Origin: Candidatus Hadarchaeota archaeon
GTDB lineage: Archaea; Hadarchaeota; Hadarchaeia; Hadarchaeales; Hadarchaeaceae
Length of the DNA stretch: 56,512 bases
Direction of reading: 5' to 3'
Assembly: GCA_964514965.1 (NCBI GenBank)
Contig: CAZETV010000002.1
Location: 188,545 to 245,056, forward strand
How positions within the stretch are numbered: the stretch's first letter is position 1; each line of letters opens with the position of its first letter. This document shows positions 1 through 8,184 of this stretch, in pieces. The notes under the pieces are model-generated. The model worked only from the letters and a program-made list of their open reading frames with translations, did no database searches and had not been told where the DNA came from. Made by a program: the position numbers and the translations under genes.

Positions 1-300
1 TGTTGTCAAAACTGCTGGCGGCGATATAGGAACCATCAGAAGAGATTGAAACTGAGTGGACCCAACCGCCAGCCGTGTATGACCAAAGCGGAGTGCTGCT
101 GCTCTTAGAGAAGAGATAAACATTGTTACCACTGCCGGCGGCGATATAAGAGCCATCAGAAGAGATTGAAACTGAGTAGACCTGAGCACCAGTCCTGTAT
201 AACCAAAGCGGAGTGCTGCTGCTCTTAGAGAAGAGATAAACATTGTTGTCAAAACTGCTGGCGGCGATATAGGAACCATCAGAAGAGATTGAAACTGACA
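1..300. repeat. Three tandem copies of a ~120-bp unit (about 90% nt identity), partial at the window edge. This is the DNA image of the 40-aa propeller blades.
   Basis: Unit boundaries are at the recurring cattgtt motif at 121-127 and 241-247. Copies 1 and 3 are near-identical over about 55 nt; copy 2 is diverged. Confidence 0.8.
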
Positions 301-472
301 AAACCACACTGCCAGCCGTGTATGGCCAAGGTGTTGTGGTTGTAGTTGTGGACGGGTTTGTTGTGGTTGTAGTTGTCGAGAGAATGACGGCAGATGCAAT
401 AACAACTACAACAACTGTAACTACTATCCCCACTATCGCGTTTGTACTAATCCCCTTCTCCTCTCTTTTCAT
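1..472 (-). CDS. Partial (5' portion, runs off left edge) cell-surface beta-propeller repeat protein. N-terminal TM or signal segment, Thr-rich linker, then ~40-aa blade repeats of PQQ/YVTN type.
   Basis: Minus-strand translation from ATG (revcomp of 470-472) gives MKREEKGISTNAIVGIVVTVVVVIASAVILSTTTTTTNPSTTTTTTPWPYTAGSVVLSVSISSDGSYIAASSFDNNVYLFSKSSSTPLWSYRTG... Repeated unit is SISSDGSYIAAGS.DNNVYLFSKSSSTPLWSYTTGG.V.SV. Open to position 1. The listed plus ORF 318..500 (poly-Val) is its antisense. Confidence 0.7.
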   Translation of the reverse strand, partial: MKREEKGISTNAIVGIVVTVVVVVIASAVILSTTTTTTNPSTTTTTTPWPYTAGSVVLSVSISSDGSYIAASSFDNNVYLFSKSSSTPLWLYRTGAQVYSVSISSDGSYIAAGSGNNVYLFSKSSSTPLWSYTAGGWVHSVSISSDGSYIAASSFDN

Positions 473-715
473 TTCATACCTTCACAAGTGTCGGCTTTGA
501 TACCTATTAAGGTGAGCTTAAGTTTTTAGGGCGTCTTTTCCGATGGCCAGCCAACTTTTCATAATCACCTCAATGTCTACATCTGAAAAGGGAAATTCAC
601 CAACCTTGATAGACGTAGCCGATCTGAGGAAAAAGTTATGGTTAGCCTCTCGGCATTGGGTGGCTCTAGAATCGGAACCTTAACTAAGTACCGCCATGTT
701 AAGCGAGACTTGTAA

Positions 716-900
716 GCCGAAAAACCGTTTATTCAAGTTCACGTAGAAGCCGAGATAGCCAAGGGGAAGTATCACGATTACGATACTTTTCTCGGTTGCG
801 AGGCGGACCAGCTCAAGGTTTTCGCTCAGGGGTTAGGGTTGAATCCTAGACAAGTTATAATGTCGGGGGCTTTCACCAAACCCCACCAGACTGTTATGTA
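716..900 (+). other. Stop-bounded coding-like segment without start codon. It is paralogous to the ORF at 50754..51056. Both lie immediately 3' of a minus-strand tRNA gene.
   Basis: In-frame translation ...EADQLKVFAQGLGLNPRQVIMSGAFTKPHQTVM* compares with DQLKVFAQGLGLNPDQIIMSGALAEPHRAIV in the 50754 ORF. The nucleotide match gaccagctcaaggttttcgctcagg vs gaccagctgaaagttttcgctcaagg is also visible. Confidence 0.45.
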
Positions 901-948
901 ATCGAGGAAATTAACATCCCCCAACGTAAACTTGATTCCATATATTAG

Positions 949-1023
949 TGGGGCCGCCGGAATTTGAATCCGGGTCACCAGCACCCCAAGCTGGGAGGCT
1001 AGACCAAGCTACCCCACGGCCCC
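949..1023 (-). tRNA. tRNA-Pro (anticodon GGG), no intron, CCA not encoded.
   Basis: Revcomp reads GGGGCCG-TG-GGGT-AGCTTGGTCTA-GCCT-C-CCAGC-TTGGGGT-GCTGG-TGAC-CCGGA-TTCAAAT-TCCGG-CGGCCCC-A. Acceptor, T-arm and anticodon stems all pair; the D-stem has two GU pairs. Anticodon loop is TTGGGGT. Confidence 0.75.
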
Positions 1024-1066
1024 TGAGGAATCTAGTTCCATCTACATAAAAACAAGTTGTCGAAGA

Positions 1067-2017
1067 TTATGTATTGATAATATTAACTATCTGTTTATTT
1101 GTCTCTTGCGGCGGCTCAATAGTATTAACCATATAAACATCCGTCAATTTGAAAAGCTTTTTGAAAAAATCCTTCCTGAGTTGCAGCTTTCGTTGGTCTC
1201 TTACCAATTGATGAGGGTTGCAAAAATCATTCGCCAGCAAATAATCCAGTGCCTCCTCAGGGCTGAGCTTTCTGATCACTTTTGGGTCATCTTTATCCCT
1301 CTTGAGCAGGATAATTTTTCTGAGTGTCGTCATCGGTATTACCCCACCACTACCTACTATCCACCTCACATTTACGACCGCCCTTCCACGCGAATCGAAA
1401 CGGGCTTTTTTCACGAGCCCCTCATATTCCTTCCATATGCTCCCGATATCTGCCTCGACATAGCAGTTCTTCTCCGAGCCGAAAGCAAGAGGGCCCTGCT
1501 CGTAAATTCTCACGAAATACCAGTCATCCGTCACCAGCCTCGCCCCTTCCAATCTCAACAGACCCCATGAGTGAGTCGTCTTGCCAGTTTTAGGTGGCGC
1601 TATGATGGAAACACCCGTTCCCTTCACGTCTATCGCTGCTCCGTGGACGGAGTATATCCCGTGTTCGTCTTCGAGAACATCACCCGCCACGGAAAGGGTG
1701 ATGCTCTTTATCCACCCATAGTAGTCGACATTGGTCAGGAACGCTGTATTCGTATAGGGGTCATACTTGACATCGAGCTGGTTCCCCTCCTCTCTCAAAA
1801 CGACGATGCGACCATGCGATCGGATGTTCTCGTCCATTGTGTAAAAGTTTTCATCCCATAGGTCTTTCACGTCCTCCAATTCTGTCAGGAGCTTTATGCA
1901 ACAACCGTAGATGTTCGCCTTCTTGGTATACAGGTACCGCTTTAAATTGAGCTCGAAGAGCCTCTGCTTCTCCTCGGGCATGATTAACTTTACCTCATAT
2001 TTCAAGGAACTCATCAA
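1067..2017 (-). CDS. HprK/P-like P-loop serine kinase homologue (N-domain plus C-terminal kinase core), adjacent to RuBisCO.
   Basis: VHGAAIDVKGTGVSIIAPPKTGKTTHSWGLLRLEGARLVTDDWYFV matches the HprK core pattern vHGvlvdv.G.GvLi.G.SG.GKSE.ALeL..rGh.LvaDD. The Walker A sits mid-protein as in HprK/PEPCK-fold kinases. Length 316 aa, similar to HprK. Confidence 0.5.
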   Translation of the reverse strand: MMSSLKYEVKLIMPEEKQRLFELNLKRYLYTKKANIYGCCIKLLTELEDVKDLWDENFYTMDENIRSHGRIVVLREEGNQLDVKYDPYTNTAFLTNVDYYGWIKSITLSVAGDVLEDEHGIYSVHGAAIDVKGTGVSIIAPPKTGKTTHSWGLLRLEGARLVTDDWYFVRIYEQGPLAFGSEKNCYVEADIGSIWKEYEGLVKKARFDSRGRAVVNVRWIVGSGGVIPMTTLRKIILLKRDKDDPKVIRKLSPEEALDYLLANDFCNPHQLVRDQRKLQLRKDFFKKLFKLTDVYMVNTIEPPQETNKQIVNIINT

Positions 2018-2024
2018 ATCACAT

Positions 2025-3320
2025 TTACTTGGGCCTGATATATCCCCACTTCTCTATGGCGGCCCTCAATTCTCCTCTTCCCTTGGCGTATTCTTCAAGC
2101 GGAACTTTCCTTAGCGTAGCATCGATGGCCTGACGCACAGCTGCTGCCCCCGCTCGTCCACCTAGCGGATGTCCCCAAACACCGCCCCCAACTTGGATGA
2201 TAATATCTGTTCCAAACATGCCGATGATCTCGGGTACCAAACCTGGGTGCAACCCGCCTGAGATGACGGGGAAAACAGGTCTGATCGCGCGCCACTCTTG
2301 AGCTAGAATTTGCCGTCCCCTTTTAACGTTACTATTCATGATTTCTCTTTGTAGCGCCAGAACCTCCTCCCGTGGCGCCTCAAGCTTCCCTATTGCGGTG
2401 CCGATGTGGAGCTGGTCAACGCCCACAAGGCGAGCTATTTTTGCAACGGCTAACATAGACATCCCATGCTCTGGCTTGCGCGTGAATGCGGCGTGGAACG
2501 CACGGTGAGCGTGGATCGCGAGCCCTAAATCTTCACAATCATCGCGCAGCGATTGAACTCCTGCCCACCCCGCCGTCAGGATATCTACCATCACATACTC
2601 CCCACCTTGCTCCTTTACGAATTTCGCGCGGCGGAGCATTTCTCGCGTCTCGGCGGTCACGTTAATCAAATAGCTCTTTCGTTCTCCAGTTTCGTGCTCG
2701 GCTCGGTCGCGCAGCTCAAGCGACTTAGTCACCCTGCGTTCGAATTGGTTGAATCGCTGCCCAGAGAGGTTCTCATCGTCCTTGAGCAGGTCAATGCCGC
2801 CTACCCAAGCTTCGTATCCCGCTCGAGCGTGCTCCTCGCTGCTCATCCCGACTTTGGGCTTTGGCACCGTTGCGGTCAGCGGCCCCTCTCTCCCCTTGAA
2901 TATCTTTCTGATGCCCTTGATACCAAACTGAGGACCCTTGAAAGATTTTATGAGCTCCGGAGGCCACCGCACGTCCTCGAGCCTGAGATTGCGCACGGCT
3001 TTCATCCCGAAGATGTTGCCCGCGATCGAGCTAAGCACTTGGGGCATGTTCCCCGCCTCGAAGAGGTCAAGCGGGTAGGCCACCTTCACCCACCGCCCTT
3101 TAATTTCGTAGGCCTTCGCCATGAGTCGTCGCTTTTCGGGCGTCATCGTCGTAAGGGTGGTCCAAGTGCCAATCGAGCTCTCCGAGGCCACGCGCCCCAC
3201 GGCTTCTCGCATGCTAATGCCGTTCGCAGGCTCAACTCTAAACAAAACGATCAAGTCCTCGCGGGCGGGCCTGTAGCTCGGGTCGACGAAATCTAAATAC
3301 CATTCGGTCTTCATGCTCAT
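2025..3320 (-). CDS. rbcL: Ribulose-1,5-bisphosphate carboxylase/oxygenase large subunit, archaeal form III.
   Basis: Motifs GIDLLKDDENL, LAIHAHRAFHAAFTR, GGGVWGHPLGGRAGAAAVRQA. 431 aa. No small-subunit gene nearby. Confidence 0.9.
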   Translation of the reverse strand: MSMKTEWYLDFVDPSYRPAREDLIVLFRVEPANGISMREAVGRVASESSIGTWTTLTTMTPEKRRLMAKAYEIKGRWVKVAYPLDLFEAGNMPQVLSSIAGNIFGMKAVRNLRLEDVRWPPELIKSFKGPQFGIKGIRKIFKGREGPLTATVPKPKVGMSSEEHARAGYEAWVGGIDLLKDDENLSGQRFNQFERRVTKSLELRDRAEHETGERKSYLINVTAETREMLRRAKFVKEQGGEYVMVDILTAGWAGVQSLRDDCEDLGLAIHAHRAFHAAFTRKPEHGMSMLAVAKIARLVGVDQLHIGTAIGKLEAPREEVLALQREIMNSNVKRGRQILAQEWRAIRPVFPVISGGLHPGLVPEIIGMFGTDIIIQVGGGVWGHPLGGRAGAAAVRQAIDATLRKVPLEEYAKGRGELRAAIEKWGYIRPK

Positions 3321-3561
3321 GAACCAATTAACAATAGCTTTTCAAGTAAAAATACACTTAGCGCTTGAATTTCGCTCTATCGTCTCAAATGGGCTGAGAT
3401 ACATTTGCGAATCCACATCCATTTTATCCAACCGTCAGATCCATTGTCTCTCCACTAGGTTAGGACTAAGCAATACCGCTTATTTCTTTTCTTTCTCTTC
3501 GGCGGTTCGTTTCGATTCACATTTCCCCATCTCACGTTTGGCTAAGCCGCCAACGACTGAA

Positions 3562-3798
3562 TCAAGCCAGCACCACGAATACCACGCTATCGCCGCGAAT
3601 GAAAAGCAAACCGTATCGCTTTCTCACTCGGTCCCCCTCAAGGCTCGTGGCATCGTCGAGCACCAAATTCATGTGCATATCGTAAGCGCGCAACTTGCCA
3701 CGGAGCCTAGCCGCCCCTTTTAGCCCAACGATCACCTCGTTGCTCGAAGCGCGACCCAGTATTTCAGACAGAAGGCTTTCGGGACGAACTTGCACCAT
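3562..3798 (-). CDS. Archaeal Sm-like (LSm) protein.
   Basis: Sm1/Sm2 pattern: VIVGLKGAARLRGKLRAYDMHMNLVLDDA ... RYGLLFIRGDSVVFV. 78 aa. Confidence 0.85.
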   Translation of the reverse strand: MVQVRPESLLSEILGRASSNEVIVGLKGAARLRGKLRAYDMHMNLVLDDATSLEGDRVRKRYGLLFIRGDSVVFVVLA

Positions 3799-4188
3799 CT
3801 ACCTACCCTCGCTCTTGCAGAGAATTTGTAGACTTTTCTGCAACTGCCCTCTCATCTGCACACGTATCTTCCGCTCGATGTGCATCCTCTCGCAGAGACT
3901 TTGAAGCCTTTTCTTCAACTGCTCCAGTTCATTGGTCCCTTCGCGGAGGTTTTCCAAGGTGGACTGGAGCTTGATCGCGAGGGATTGCTGCTCGTACAGG
4001 GGGCGTGAGTCCGGGAGCTCCCCGCGGTTTATCGATTCCTCGAGGTTGCTTGTGATTCGACTTATAAGCCCTTCCATCTCCTCGAGCTTCTTTGGGTCGA
4101 CCTTTACCGCCTCGAGCATCATCAAGGCTTTTCTCCATTGCTCAGCCCTTTTACTCATGCTATCTTCTCCACCAAACGAGCGAGCCAT
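3799..4188 (-). CDS. Coiled-coil hypothetical protein, likely co-transcribed with the Sm gene (stop/start abut).
   Basis: 129 aa, heptad-rich (LEEMEGLISRITSNLEESINRGELPD...LKKRLQSLCERMHIERKIRVQMRGQLQ). No recognisable family. Confidence 0.4.
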   Translation of the reverse strand: MARSFGGEDSMSKRAEQWRKALMMLEAVKVDPKKLEEMEGLISRITSNLEESINRGELPDSRPLYEQQSLAIKLQSTLENLREGTNELEQLKKRLQSLCERMHIERKIRVQMRGQLQKSLQILCKSEGR

Positions 4189-4273
4189 GGCACACTAAAA
4201 AGAGATTTCCTTCCAACAAATCTATCGAATTTCGACACGAAATTAATATAAAAGCTGCAATGTAGTCATTTTA

Positions 4274-5149
4274 GTGTCATCCATGGTGAGCGAGGTGTCT
4301 TCCAACATAGAAACCGTGCTGTCGAGCATCGAGTTCAAACACACTCTACACCTCTACAGCTCCGATGTGAACAAGTACTCGGTTCAGGCACCCTTCCTAG
4401 CGGCCGCAAAGAAGGGCGAAACCGTTGTATACGTCACCAACGAGAGCCCCGCAGCGATGATGAAGGAGTTTGAGGGACTCGGTATCAAACTTTCCGTCAT
4501 AAAGCCCGAAGAGTTAGGAAAATTACCAATCACCAATCGCGGTCTGAGAGTAGTCGTAGACGCTGGCTCGATCGACCCGAGCATGCTCCGAAGGCTGAGA
4601 AGTCGAACACGGGAAGCGATAGCTAAGTACATCGACCACTCCAAGCGGGAAAAATACTTGGCTGAGAGATGTAAAGACTGCCTCATCTTGTGCACTTACG
4701 ACATGGGCAAGCTCGGTCCCGATTTGGTCAAACAACTCGTCGCATCCCACGATAAGCTGGTGCTAACGACGAGCGATGCGACCATCCTAGCGGCGGAGTC
4801 GCTGGATCGGGCTGGGCTTGCGGCTGAATCGGTTCAGCGGTTTGTGAAGGATGAACTTGAGACCATAGTTCTGGCGCTCGTGCTCAGGGAGCCAATGTGC
4901 GGCACCGACATAATAAAAACAATCCACAGCAAGTTCAACGTACTTTTGAGCCCGGGCACGATATACCCTCTCTTGCACGACCTTGAGAAGAAGGGGCTAT
5001 TGAAATGCGAGTACGGCGTAAAGACTAAGACCTACAAGCCGATGGAAGGCGCCGAGGAAAAAATCCGCGCCATGCTTGAGGAGCACGTCAAAGCGAGCAG
5101 GTTCCTGAGCAAGTTTTTGCAGGTCACCAGCGCGAGCGAAAAGCGGTAA
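4274..5149 (+). CDS. Putative gvp regulator: degenerate KaiC/RecA-like (GvpD-like) domain fused to a C-terminal PadR-family winged HTH.
   Basis: N-terminal part GETVVYVTNESPAAMMKEFEGLGIKLSVIKPEE has a KaiC-like fold signature without an intact Walker A. C-terminal VLREPMCGTDIIKTIHSKFNVLLSPGTIYPLLHDLEKKGLLKCEYGVKTKTYKPMEGAEEKI is a PadR signature. Paralogue of 15819..16805. Confidence 0.6.
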   Translation: MSSMVSEVSSNIETVLSSIEFKHTLHLYSSDVNKYSVQAPFLAAAKKGETVVYVTNESPAAMMKEFEGLGIKLSVIKPEELGKLPITNRGLRVVVDAGSIDPSMLRRLRSRTREAIAKYIDHSKREKYLAERCKDCLILCTYDMGKLGPDLVKQLVASHDKLVLTTSDATILAAESLDRAGLAAESVQRFVKDELETIVLALVLREPMCGTDIIKTIHSKFNVLLSPGTIYPLLHDLEKKGLLKCEYGVKTKTYKPMEGAEEKIRAMLEEHVKASRFLSKFLQVTSASEKR

Positions 5150-5229
5150 CGGTTTTAGCGTTCAAATTTCGAAACACAAACTTATTAGGGATTTTTTCAG
5201 CGGACTTTATGTGGTGGGGGTGATTTCAG

Positions 5230-5436
5230 ATGCTCGGAAGGCGATCAATTATGGGGATTGTTTCCTCCGCGGATTACGATAAACTTCAAAATATGTGTGC
5301 TCGAGAGGGATGTCGCATCTCAGATATAGTCGGCAGAATCGTTTCCCAGTACTTGGCCAGAGTCCCCGCGGAAAAAGTTGTGAAAGTAAAGAAAATAAAA
5401 AGGATTAAAAAGGCCAAGAAACGGGCCCCCAAGTAA
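5230..5436 (+). CDS. Small ribbon-helix-helix (CopG-like) DNA-binding protein with a Lys-rich tail.
   Basis: RRSIMGIVSSADYDKLQNMCAREGCRISDIVGRIVSQYL is an RHH beta-alpha-alpha pattern. 68 aa. Lies between the PadR-fusion gene and the gvpF operon. Confidence 0.45.
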   Translation: MLGRRSIMGIVSSADYDKLQNMCAREGCRISDIVGRIVSQYLARVPAEKVVKVKKIKRIKKAKKRAPK

Positions 5437-5461
5437 AATCCGCTCAAAACGAGGTGAACCC

Positions 5462-5527
5462 ATGGGAAAATTGAAGGAGTGGTTTCGTAAGAAATCGAAG
5501 CGTAAGGCAAAGAAAAAGGGAAAATGA
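5462..5527 (+). CDS. Possible 21-aa highly basic micro-protein (MGKLKEWFRKKSKRKAKKKGK).
   Basis: Strong SD (gaggtga) 7 nt upstream of ATG. Not in the ORF track because it is under 60 aa. Confidence 0.25.
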   Translation: MGKLKEWFRKKSKRKAKKKGK

Positions 5528-5620
5528 TTCAGGGTTGATGGCTCATCTTTTTGCTTCTCAATTACCACCTTCGAAATCAGCTAGAATTCAGGCCCATTTT
5601 AATGTCGGATTTCTTTTGCG

Positions 5621-6970
5621 ATGGGTTGTATGTTTTCGAAGCTCGACACAAAACGTTTAAATCCCGCATATATCGAAATTCGATACGAGATTAGATACAA
5701 GGTGAAGTGTGTGGAGGTAAAACCACTTAGTAATATCATAGCTATCGGAAAGACGACGCGGGGGGGCAGACCATTCCCTGTCAGAAGGCATCGGGGCCTG
5801 TACTTTTTCATCCCGGTTGAGCAGTTCGACTGGTTAAGGGAAGTAAATGATGCTTACAAGACCCTCTACCGAATGGAGGGGGGGGTAGAGCCGCTTCAGA
5901 AGATAAAGATAGTTGGGAGAGGAGGCGTTGAGGGATACAAGCCATTCTTGCTCAGGGGGCACTACGGACGGTATTTGTGCATCCTCGCCGAGCATCTTAG
6001 ACAGCTCAAGCAGATCAACCGCGCGTATGCGGAACTACTTGAAGCTAAAGGGCTGGAGAAAGAGCGCAAGAGGAGGTTAGAAGAGAAGGAACGAGCGAGC
6101 AAAATTGTAGAAAGCGTGAAAGCGGCGGTAGAGGACGCCCGAAAGATAGGAGCACCCGAACATGGGGCCGAACTCATGCGGCCCGTCGACGAATCCCTTG
6201 CCGAAATCGAGGCTGCGTTCATCGCCGAGGAATACAACAAGACCATTGAGCTGGCATCAAAAGTGGATGAACTGGTCCGAGAAGCTAGGGCAAAAGCGCT
6301 CAAGAAAATCGAGGAAACGAAAAAGATCGAAGCGGTGAAAAGACCTCCAGAAGAGGGGAGGTACGTTTACTGCATCATCCCTTGGGAGGGGAGCCACAGC
6401 AGGCTTAGCTTTGGAGACTTGGGTGTAGAGGGCAACGGCGAGGTGTACGCCATACCCTTTGGAGACATCGCAGCGGTCGTGAGCAACGCCCCCTTCAAGG
6501 AATACGTGCTCACCGAGGACAACATACGCACCCATAACCAAGTCATAACGCGCGTGATGCAGGAGTACCCTGTCGTGCCAATGGCTTTCGGCATGGCGTT
6601 CAAAAATGAGGGGGTGCTCAAAGGGTTGCTCGGGAGGATGCGCGATGATTTGAAAAATGCCCTAAATGAAGTCAAGAGCAAGGTCGAACTCGGCGTCAAG
6701 GTGATCTTGCCGGAGGGGACCGAGTTCGACGAGAACGCATTTGCATCTGAGATCAAGGCGCTTCACGAGCTGGCGACCCAATGCAAGCTCGGCAAGCGGT
6801 TCAGCAAGCGTTTGATCTTGAACGCGTTTTATCTAGTAGCGAAAGAAAAAGTGGAAGATTTCCTAGGCGCGGCTAAAGCGCTGGAGGAGAAGTTCAAACA
6901 GCTGAGTATACAGTGCACTGGTCCATGGCCCCCGTTCAACTTCGCAACAATAAAAGTTGGAGGTAGGTGA
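5621..6970 (+). CDS. gvpF: GvpF/GvpL-family gas vesicle protein with a ~240-aa N-terminal extension (two copies of a ~45-aa domain plus a coiled coil).
   Basis: C-terminal 205 aa (GRYVYCIIPWEG...GDIAAVVSNAPFKEY...VVPMAFGMAFKNEG...TGPWPPFNF) is canonical GvpF/L. The N-term contains IIAIGKTTRGGRPFPVRRHRGLYFFIPVEQFDWLREVNDAYKTL and KIKIVGRGGVEGYKPFLLRGHYGRYLCILAEHLRQLKQINRAYAEL, the same duplicated domain as in ORF 9969..10274. Confidence 0.8.
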   Translation: MGCMFSKLDTKRLNPAYIEIRYEIRYKVKCVEVKPLSNIIAIGKTTRGGRPFPVRRHRGLYFFIPVEQFDWLREVNDAYKTLYRMEGGVEPLQKIKIVGRGGVEGYKPFLLRGHYGRYLCILAEHLRQLKQINRAYAELLEAKGLEKERKRRLEEKERASKIVESVKAAVEDARKIGAPEHGAELMRPVDESLAEIEAAFIAEEYNKTIELASKVDELVREARAKALKKIEETKKIEAVKRPPEEGRYVYCIIPWEGSHSRLSFGDLGVEGNGEVYAIPFGDIAAVVSNAPFKEYVLTEDNIRTHNQVITRVMQEYPVVPMAFGMAFKNEGVLKGLLGRMRDDLKNALNEVKSKVELGVKVILPEGTEFDENAFASEIKALHELATQCKLGKRFSKRLILNAFYLVAKEKVEDFLGAAKALEEKFKQLSIQCTGPWPPFNFATIKVGGR

Positions 6971-7265
6971 GGTGCCCTTCCTAGTCGATGACATAGTTCT
7001 CCGAATGCTCGGGATTTCGATCCCGCCCTTCGACATGATCTGGTTGCTGGAGACCATACGGGACTTCGCCGTTCGGGAAGTCTATGATCCTGAAAAGATA
7101 AGCGACTCGATAAAGGAAAACCGGATGCTCTACGAACTCGGGGAGATCACGAAGGAGGAGTATGAGCGGGTCAATACAGAGCTCCTCGAGGCGCTCGAGA
7201 TAGCAAAGCGTGCTAGGGAGACGAAGATCGAGCACCGCATCGATATTTTGGGAATTGGTGGGTAG
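6957..7265 (+). CDS. gvpG: GvpG-like gas vesicle protein.
   Basis: FLVDDIVLRMLG...YDPEKISDSIKENRMLYELGEITKEEYERVNTELLEALE matches the GvpG pattern as remembered. Position between gvpF and gvpH. Overlaps the gvpF stop. Confidence 0.6.
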   Translation: MEVGEVPFLVDDIVLRMLGISIPPFDMIWLLETIRDFAVREVYDPEKISDSIKENRMLYELGEITKEEYERVNTELLEALEIAKRARETKIEHRIDILGIGG

Positions 7266-7266
7266 G

Positions 7267-7791
7267 ATGAAAAGGCACCCTATGCAACTATGCAGGCTCC
7301 TCTTTGGCAACATATTTCACGACCTAGAAAAGCTGGCGAGGACAGTAGATGCGCTCGCCAAAGAGGGAGAGGTCCGGAAGGGGTACAAAGAGGGCCCCTT
7401 CATCGTCGAGTACCGGCGGACCGTTCGCTACATCCGCCCTGAGTCCACCGCTCCAGCCCCCGAAGCACCGCGAATCGAAATCAAGCCGAAACCAATCGAG
7501 GCCGAGGCCAAGCCTAGGGAATCGCTAGTGGACGTTTTCGACATGGGAGATCATATCTTGGTCATGGTCGGGCTCCCCGGTGTGAAGGAGGAAGATATCG
7601 AGTTCGAGACCGTGGGCAGCGCGCTCAAGATCAAGATTCACACACCCGGTGGCGATGTCGAGGGCGATATCTCGATTGCGGGAGTTGAACAGGTTAAAGA
7701 AATCATGGGTGCCTCTTTCAAGAACGGCACCCTCGAAATCAAACTGAAAAAAATAAGGGAGGTGAAGAGATGGGAACCAGCACAGCGATAG
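7267..7791 (+). CDS. gvpH: GvpH-like Hsp20/alpha-crystallin-domain protein.
   Basis: ESLVDVFDMGDHILVMVGLPGVKEEDIEFETVGSALKIKIH...GTLEIKLKK is an Hsp20 ACD. ATG at 7267 directly follows the gvpG stop. The track ORF starts at 7210 on an upstream alternative start. Confidence 0.75.
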   Translation: MKRHPMQLCRLLFGNIFHDLEKLARTVDALAKEGEVRKGYKEGPFIVEYRRTVRYIRPESTAPAPEAPRIEIKPKPIEAEAKPRESLVDVFDMGDHILVMVGLPGVKEEDIEFETVGSALKIKIHTPGGDVEGDISIAGVEQVKEIMGASFKNGTLEIKLKKIREVKRWEPAQR

Positions 7792-8174
7792 GGGTCGGGG
7801 GGCTGAGGAGGCGCAGGCGAAAGGCCATGATATCTAAAACAGTTGCGCGGAGCAAGCTGAGCAGGGACAGATCGAGAGTCAAGCTGCTGCACGCGAGGGA
7901 GCGGTACAAGATGAAGGTGTGGAAGCACGAGCGCGGGATGGCAGCCAGAAAGGCGGAGCAACCAAGCAAGCTTGGTCCGCTTGCGGTATCGTTCATGCCT
8001 TCGAAAGAGTCCGCCAAGCGATCCAGGCTGGTGCAGCCCCGCTGGTCGGCCGTGCCCAGCAAGCCCAAGTATTCCGATGTGAAGCCGAAGGAGAGGCTCT
8101 ACGGGCTGAGGTTCGAGGCGCGCGAGAAGCGACTCGCAAAGCAGGAGTCCGAGGAGAAAAAGCCCAAGGAATAG
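7770..8174 (+). CDS. gvpI: Basic Arg/Lys-rich protein in the gvpI position.
   Basis: 134 aa, very basic (RRRRRK, KAEQPSK, KPKYSDVKPKE...), as GvpI is described. Synteny between gvpH and gvpJ. Confidence 0.45.
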   Translation: MGTSTAIGVGGLRRRRRKAMISKTVARSKLSRDRSRVKLLHARERYKMKVWKHERGMAARKAEQPSKLGPLAVSFMPSKESAKRSRLVQPRWSAVPSKPKYSDVKPKERLYGLRFEAREKRLAKQESEEKKPKE

Positions 8175-8184
8175 GTAGGTGTGG

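Noticed and set aside
1-300. Possible CRISPR-like or non-coding tandem array
   Set aside because: The repeats are 120 bp with no spacers, and they translate in frame into propeller blades. They are coding repeats, not CRISPR.
318-500. Plus-strand ORF encoding poly-Val/Thr peptide (MYGQGVVVVVVDGFVVVVVV...)
   Set aside because: It is the antisense of the Thr-rich linker and TM region of the minus-strand beta-propeller gene. It is a low-complexity mirror ORF.
2553-3296. 247-aa plus-strand ORF
   Set aside because: Lies entirely antisense within rbcL, whose product has unmistakable RuBisCO motifs.
5621-6970. Splitting the 449-aa GvpF ORF into two genes (repeat-domain protein plus GvpF)
   Set aside because: There is no in-frame stop and no internal SD/ATG arrangement supporting separate genes. 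It is kept as a fusion, with a sequencing-error caveat noted in the findings.
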